Assembly: GCA_965204755.1 (NCBI GenBank)
Contig: OZ242011.1
Coordinates: 2,496,001-2,560,000, forward strand
Source: Candidatus Marinacidobacterium sp.
Lineage (GTDB): Bacteria; Acidobacteriota; Vicinamibacteria; Marinacidobacterales; Marinacidobacteraceae
Reading direction: 5' to 3'
DNA: 64,000 nucleotides
Shown here: one piece after another, positions 61,300 to 64,000 of the stretch
Layout of the letters: each line of letters opens with the position of its first letter
How positions within the stretch are numbered: position 1 is the first letter of the stretch
Program-made: the position numbers and the translations under genes
Notes under the pieces: model-generated
The model's database searches: none
Told to the model about the DNA's origin: nothing
The model's input: only the letters and a program-made list of their open reading frames with translations

Positions 61300-62495
61300 G
61301 CGGCGAGGCGGCGGCGCCTCCGGTGCGGCGGGTGCGGCGCGAGGACTGGCCGGAGGGGCGGGAGGTGGTGCTGGTGGGGACGGCGCACATCTCGCCGGAC
61401 TCGGTGCGGCTGGTGCGGGAGACCATCGAGCGGGAAAAGCCCGACGGGGTGTGCGTGGAACTCGACCGGGGGCGGTTCGAGGCGCTCATGGACCCGGCGC
61501 GGATCGAGCGGCTCGACCTGAAGCAGGCGGTGCGGGAGCGGAAACTGCTTCCGCTGATCGCCGGGGTCGCGCTCGGGGCCTGGCAGGCGCGGATGGGGCT
61601 GCGGTTCGGGGTGGAGCCGGGGGCGGAACTGCGGGAGGCGGCGCTCGCCGCCCGGGAAGCGGGGATCCCGGTGCACCTGGTGGATCGGGAGGTGCGGGTG
61701 ACCCTGCTCCGGGTCTGGCGGCGCGCCGGGTTCTTCCAGAAGATGCGGCTGCTGGCCGGGGGGCTGGAGAGCGGCGGGGGGGCGGAGGCCGCGCTGGAGA
61801 CCGAGGAGGACCTGAAGCGGCTGGTCTCCGCCGATGTAGTGTCGCGGCTGGTCGCGGAACTGGGGGAGGCGTTCCCGACGCTGAAGTCGGTGGTGATGGA
61901 CGAGCGGGACGCCTGGATCGCGGACGCGGTGCGGGAGACCGGGGGCGGGCGGCTGGTGGCGGTGGTCGGGGCCGGGCACCTCGACGGGGTGGAGCGGCGG
62001 CTGCTGGGGGACGAGCCGGTGGACCGGGCGGAGTTGGCGGAAGTCCCGCCGCGCGGGCGGCTGGCGCGGTGGATCGGGGTGGCGATCCCGCTGGTGATCC
62101 TCTCCGCGCTCGGCTGGACCTGGGTGACCCGGGGGGCGGCGGCGGCGTCGGAGGGGGCGCTGTTCTGGGTGGCGGTGAACTCGATCCCGGCGGGGCTCGG
62201 GGCGGCGGCGGCGCTGGCCCACCCGCTGACGGTGCTGGCGGCGCTGGTCTCCGCGCCGTTCACCAGCCTCACGCCGGTGCTGGGGGCGGGGTATGTGACC
62301 GGGTTCGTCCAGGCCTGGGTGCGCCCGCCGCGGGTGTTCGAGTTGCGCGCGCTGCGGGAGGAGGCGCTGGCGCCGCGCAAGTGGTTCACCAACCGGGCGC
62401 TGCGGATCGCGCTGGCGTTCCTCCTGCCCACCATCGGGAGCGCCGTCGGCACCTTCGTGGGCGGCTCGCGGCTGATCGGGGGGGCGCTGGGCTGA
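61296..62495 (+). CDS. TraB/GumN (TraB pheromone-shutdown type) protein
   Basis: LVGTAHIS, VCVELD, PGAE, DERD, VVGAGHLDG, C-terminal TM segments; GTGA overlap. Confidence 0.92.
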   Translation: MSGEAAAPPVRRVRREDWPEGREVVLVGTAHISPDSVRLVRETIEREKPDGVCVELDRGRFEALMDPARIERLDLKQAVRERKLLPLIAGVALGAWQARMGLRFGVEPGAELREAALAAREAGIPVHLVDREVRVTLLRVWRRAGFFQKMRLLAGGLESGGGAEAALETEEDLKRLVSADVVSRLVAELGEAFPTLKSVVMDERDAWIADAVRETGGGRLVAVVGAGHLDGVERRLLGDEPVDRAELAEVPPRGRLARWIGVAIPLVILSALGWTWVTRGAAAASEGALFWVAVNSIPAGLGAAAALAHPLTVLAALVSAPFTSLTPVLGAGYVTGFVQAWVRPPRVFELRALREEALAPRKWFTNRALRIALAFLLPTIGSAVGTFVGGSRLIGGALG

Positions 62496-62527
62496 ACGGG
62501 GTAGGGGCTGGGGCATTCAACGGAGGT

Positions 62528-62624
62528 GTTGACAACGGTTTTGTTGACAACAAGTTAGTTGACAACCATCGGGTTGACAACGGAGGTGTTGACAACTAAT
62601 ATGCTGACAACAAATCCGTTGAAC
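62528..62624. repeat. Array of the 9-bp palindrome GTTGACAAC with 6-nt variable spacers (15-bp period)
   Basis: Exact copies at 62528, 62543, 62558, 62573, 62588; GCTGACAAC at 62603; GTTGAAC at 62618. Confidence 0.95.
62574..62602 (+). promoter_or_regulatory. Sigma70-type promoter embedded in the array
   Basis: TTGACA (62574-62579), 17 nt, TAATAT (62597-62602); GGGAGG RBS before ATG 62636. Confidence 0.65.
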
Positions 62625-62635
62625 GGGAGGTCCCC

Positions 62636-63868
62636 ATGGAATCCAGAACGGGCAGTTGGGTAACCGGCGACGACTTTTTTGGGCGCGAGACGAACCTCAG
62701 GATCTTGGGGATGAAGGTTCGAGAGCAGAACCATGTGCTGCTCAGCGGCCCGCGACGCATTGGGAAGACGAGCGTCGCTCAAGAACTCGGTCGGCGCCTC
62801 GCCGAGGAGGGCTGGACTTTCCTGTACCTCGATGTGGAGCACGTCGGCACTCCGGAGGAGTTCGTTCTGGAGTTTGCCGCTCGGATGTGGGAGGCGCGTC
62901 CGCTCTGGAAACGCCGTCTGTTTGGAATCGGGCGATGGGTCGGCGCACAGGCGGGAAGAGTCAAAAAGGTGGGCGCCGCCGGAACCGCAGTCGAGTTGCA
63001 CCGCGAAATGGAGCGCGGGACATGGCGCCAGCGCGGGGACCGGCTGTTCCGGCAGTGCGTCGAGTCGGGCCGCCGGGTCTTTTTGGTGTTGGACGAGTTG
63101 CCTCTCTTCTTGAAGCGCTTGCTGGAGAGTGAAGGGGGCAGGGGTTCCGTGGAGTTGTTCCTCAGTTGGCTTCGGGGGACACTCCAGATGATTGAGCGCA
63201 ACTCGCCGGTCCTGTTGATCAGCGGCAGCATGGGGCTGTATCCGTTCGTGGAGCGGCTTCGCCTCACCGACCGCATCAACTACCTGTCGCCCTATCGCTT
63301 GCAACCTTGGAGTCGAGAGGAGAGCATCGAGTGTCTTGACGCCTTGGCCGCGGCTCACGGGATTACTTGGGCGCAGGGCGCGGCGTCCGACGCGTATGAC
63401 AGACTCGGTGAAGGGAATCCCCATCAGATCCAGTGCTTCTTCGCTGCGCTCCGGCAGTACGTGCTCGGACAGGAAGACTCTCGGATCACTTGCGAGGACA
63501 ACGCGGCCGTCTATCCGCAACTCCTGCTGCCGGGCGGTCAGAACGACTTGGCCCACTACCAGCACCGTCTGGAACGATCGTTGGACGCCGAGGACTTTGC
63601 CATCGCGATGGAGATCTTGGTCGAGACCGCGAACAAAGGCGTCTTGGGGAGATCGAGGCTCATGGCTTTGGTCGCCGGCCGGGACGGGCGCGAAGTGGAC
63701 GTGACGGAGCGCGTCCGCAGCGTTCTGGACATGTTGATGCACGACGGCTATTTGAGTCAGGATGAGGAGTACTGCCTTCGTTTCACTTCTCGGCTGCTGC
63801 AGGACTGGTTCTCCACGAGACCGGCTGGCCAGCGAGACCGCGACGCTTCGCGAGGTTCGACCCGATGA
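62636..63868 (+). CDS. STAND-like/archaeal-type P-loop ATPase
   Basis: DFFGRE, GPRRIGKTS, LVLDELP, ISGSMGL, C-terminal LMHDGYL...LLQDW winged helix. Confidence 0.9.
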   Translation: MESRTGSWVTGDDFFGRETNLRILGMKVREQNHVLLSGPRRIGKTSVAQELGRRLAEEGWTFLYLDVEHVGTPEEFVLEFAARMWEARPLWKRRLFGIGRWVGAQAGRVKKVGAAGTAVELHREMERGTWRQRGDRLFRQCVESGRRVFLVLDELPLFLKRLLESEGGRGSVELFLSWLRGTLQMIERNSPVLLISGSMGLYPFVERLRLTDRINYLSPYRLQPWSREESIECLDALAAAHGITWAQGAASDAYDRLGEGNPHQIQCFFAALRQYVLGQEDSRITCEDNAAVYPQLLLPGGQNDLAHYQHRLERSLDAEDFAIAMEILVETANKGVLGRSRLMALVAGRDGREVDVTERVRSVLDMLMHDGYLSQDEEYCLRFTSRLLQDWFSTRPAGQRDRDASRGSTR

Positions 63869-64000
63869 GCGAACCAATGGGTCGTGTCGTTCGGAAATTC
63901 AACCCGGGGACGCTCCAGAGTGACGAACATATCGTCGAGCAGTTCGTCGTTCGTCGCGTGGAGTTGCGACTCATCATGGAGACGCTTCGCAGCAACATCG
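63865..64000 (+). CDS. 5' end of a coupled second gene, probably another STAND-like ATPase (runs off window)
   Basis: ATGA overlap; MSEPMGRVVRKFNPGTLQSDEHIVEQFVVRRVEL; open to the edge; Walker A not yet reached. Confidence 0.65.
   Translation, partial: MSEPMGRVVRKFNPGTLQSDEHIVEQFVVRRVELRLIMETLRSNI

Noticed and set aside
61451-62599. ORF ending in VDNxx repeats
   Set aside because: Out-of-frame shadow of TraB. The repeat shows no synonymous variation in five copies, which favours a DNA-level motif.
62528-62624. CRISPR interpretation of the GTTGACAAC array
   Set aside because: 9-nt repeats and 6-nt spacers are far too short and there are no cas genes in the window; kept as an operator-like array.

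Overview
A very GC-rich (roughly 70% or more by eye) bacterial chromosomal segment. It is probably Acidobacteriota, inferred from acidobacterial-type VWA proteins, a DUF5916-type protein and a DUF5818-like protein. The many accessory ATPases and FN3 lipoproteins resemble host-associated lineages such as sponge symbionts (inference). Core blocks are the 3' part of guaB, an envelope/glycan cluster (DUF5916, two VWA, CBM9-like, DUF5107-TPR), P450/FAH/PuuD, a complete Rrf2-sufBCDSUT operon, AlkA, Prx6, an ADP-ribosylglycohydrolase, a GS-like ligase, gcvTHP-nitrilase-amidohydrolase, PIG-L and TraB. Accessory genes are interspersed: AlbA_2-HATPase, MNT-HEPN, DUF4143, duplicated IrrE-like proteins with HQxxH, three FN3 lipoproteins, a three-gene ART-like cassette, DUF3696-type ATPases and a coupled ATPase pair at the right edge. 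The most unusual signals are: (1) a 15-bp-period array of the palindrome GTTGACAAC with variable 6-nt spacers over the promoter of the ATPase pair; (2) chains of GTGA-coupled micro-ORFs that exactly bridge sufS-sufU and gcvT-gcvH; (3) a Cys-scaffolded variable FN3 lipoprotein locus preceded by a C27 tract; (4) a putative chaperone-antitoxin-ART cassette whose toxin seems to carry a compensated frameshift pair; (5) near-total avoidance of ACGT and AGCT; (6) a decayed duplicate showing AT->GC mutational bias. No rRNA, tRNA, CRISPR array or transposase was recognised. Family calls come from motif recognition by eye, not from database searches.
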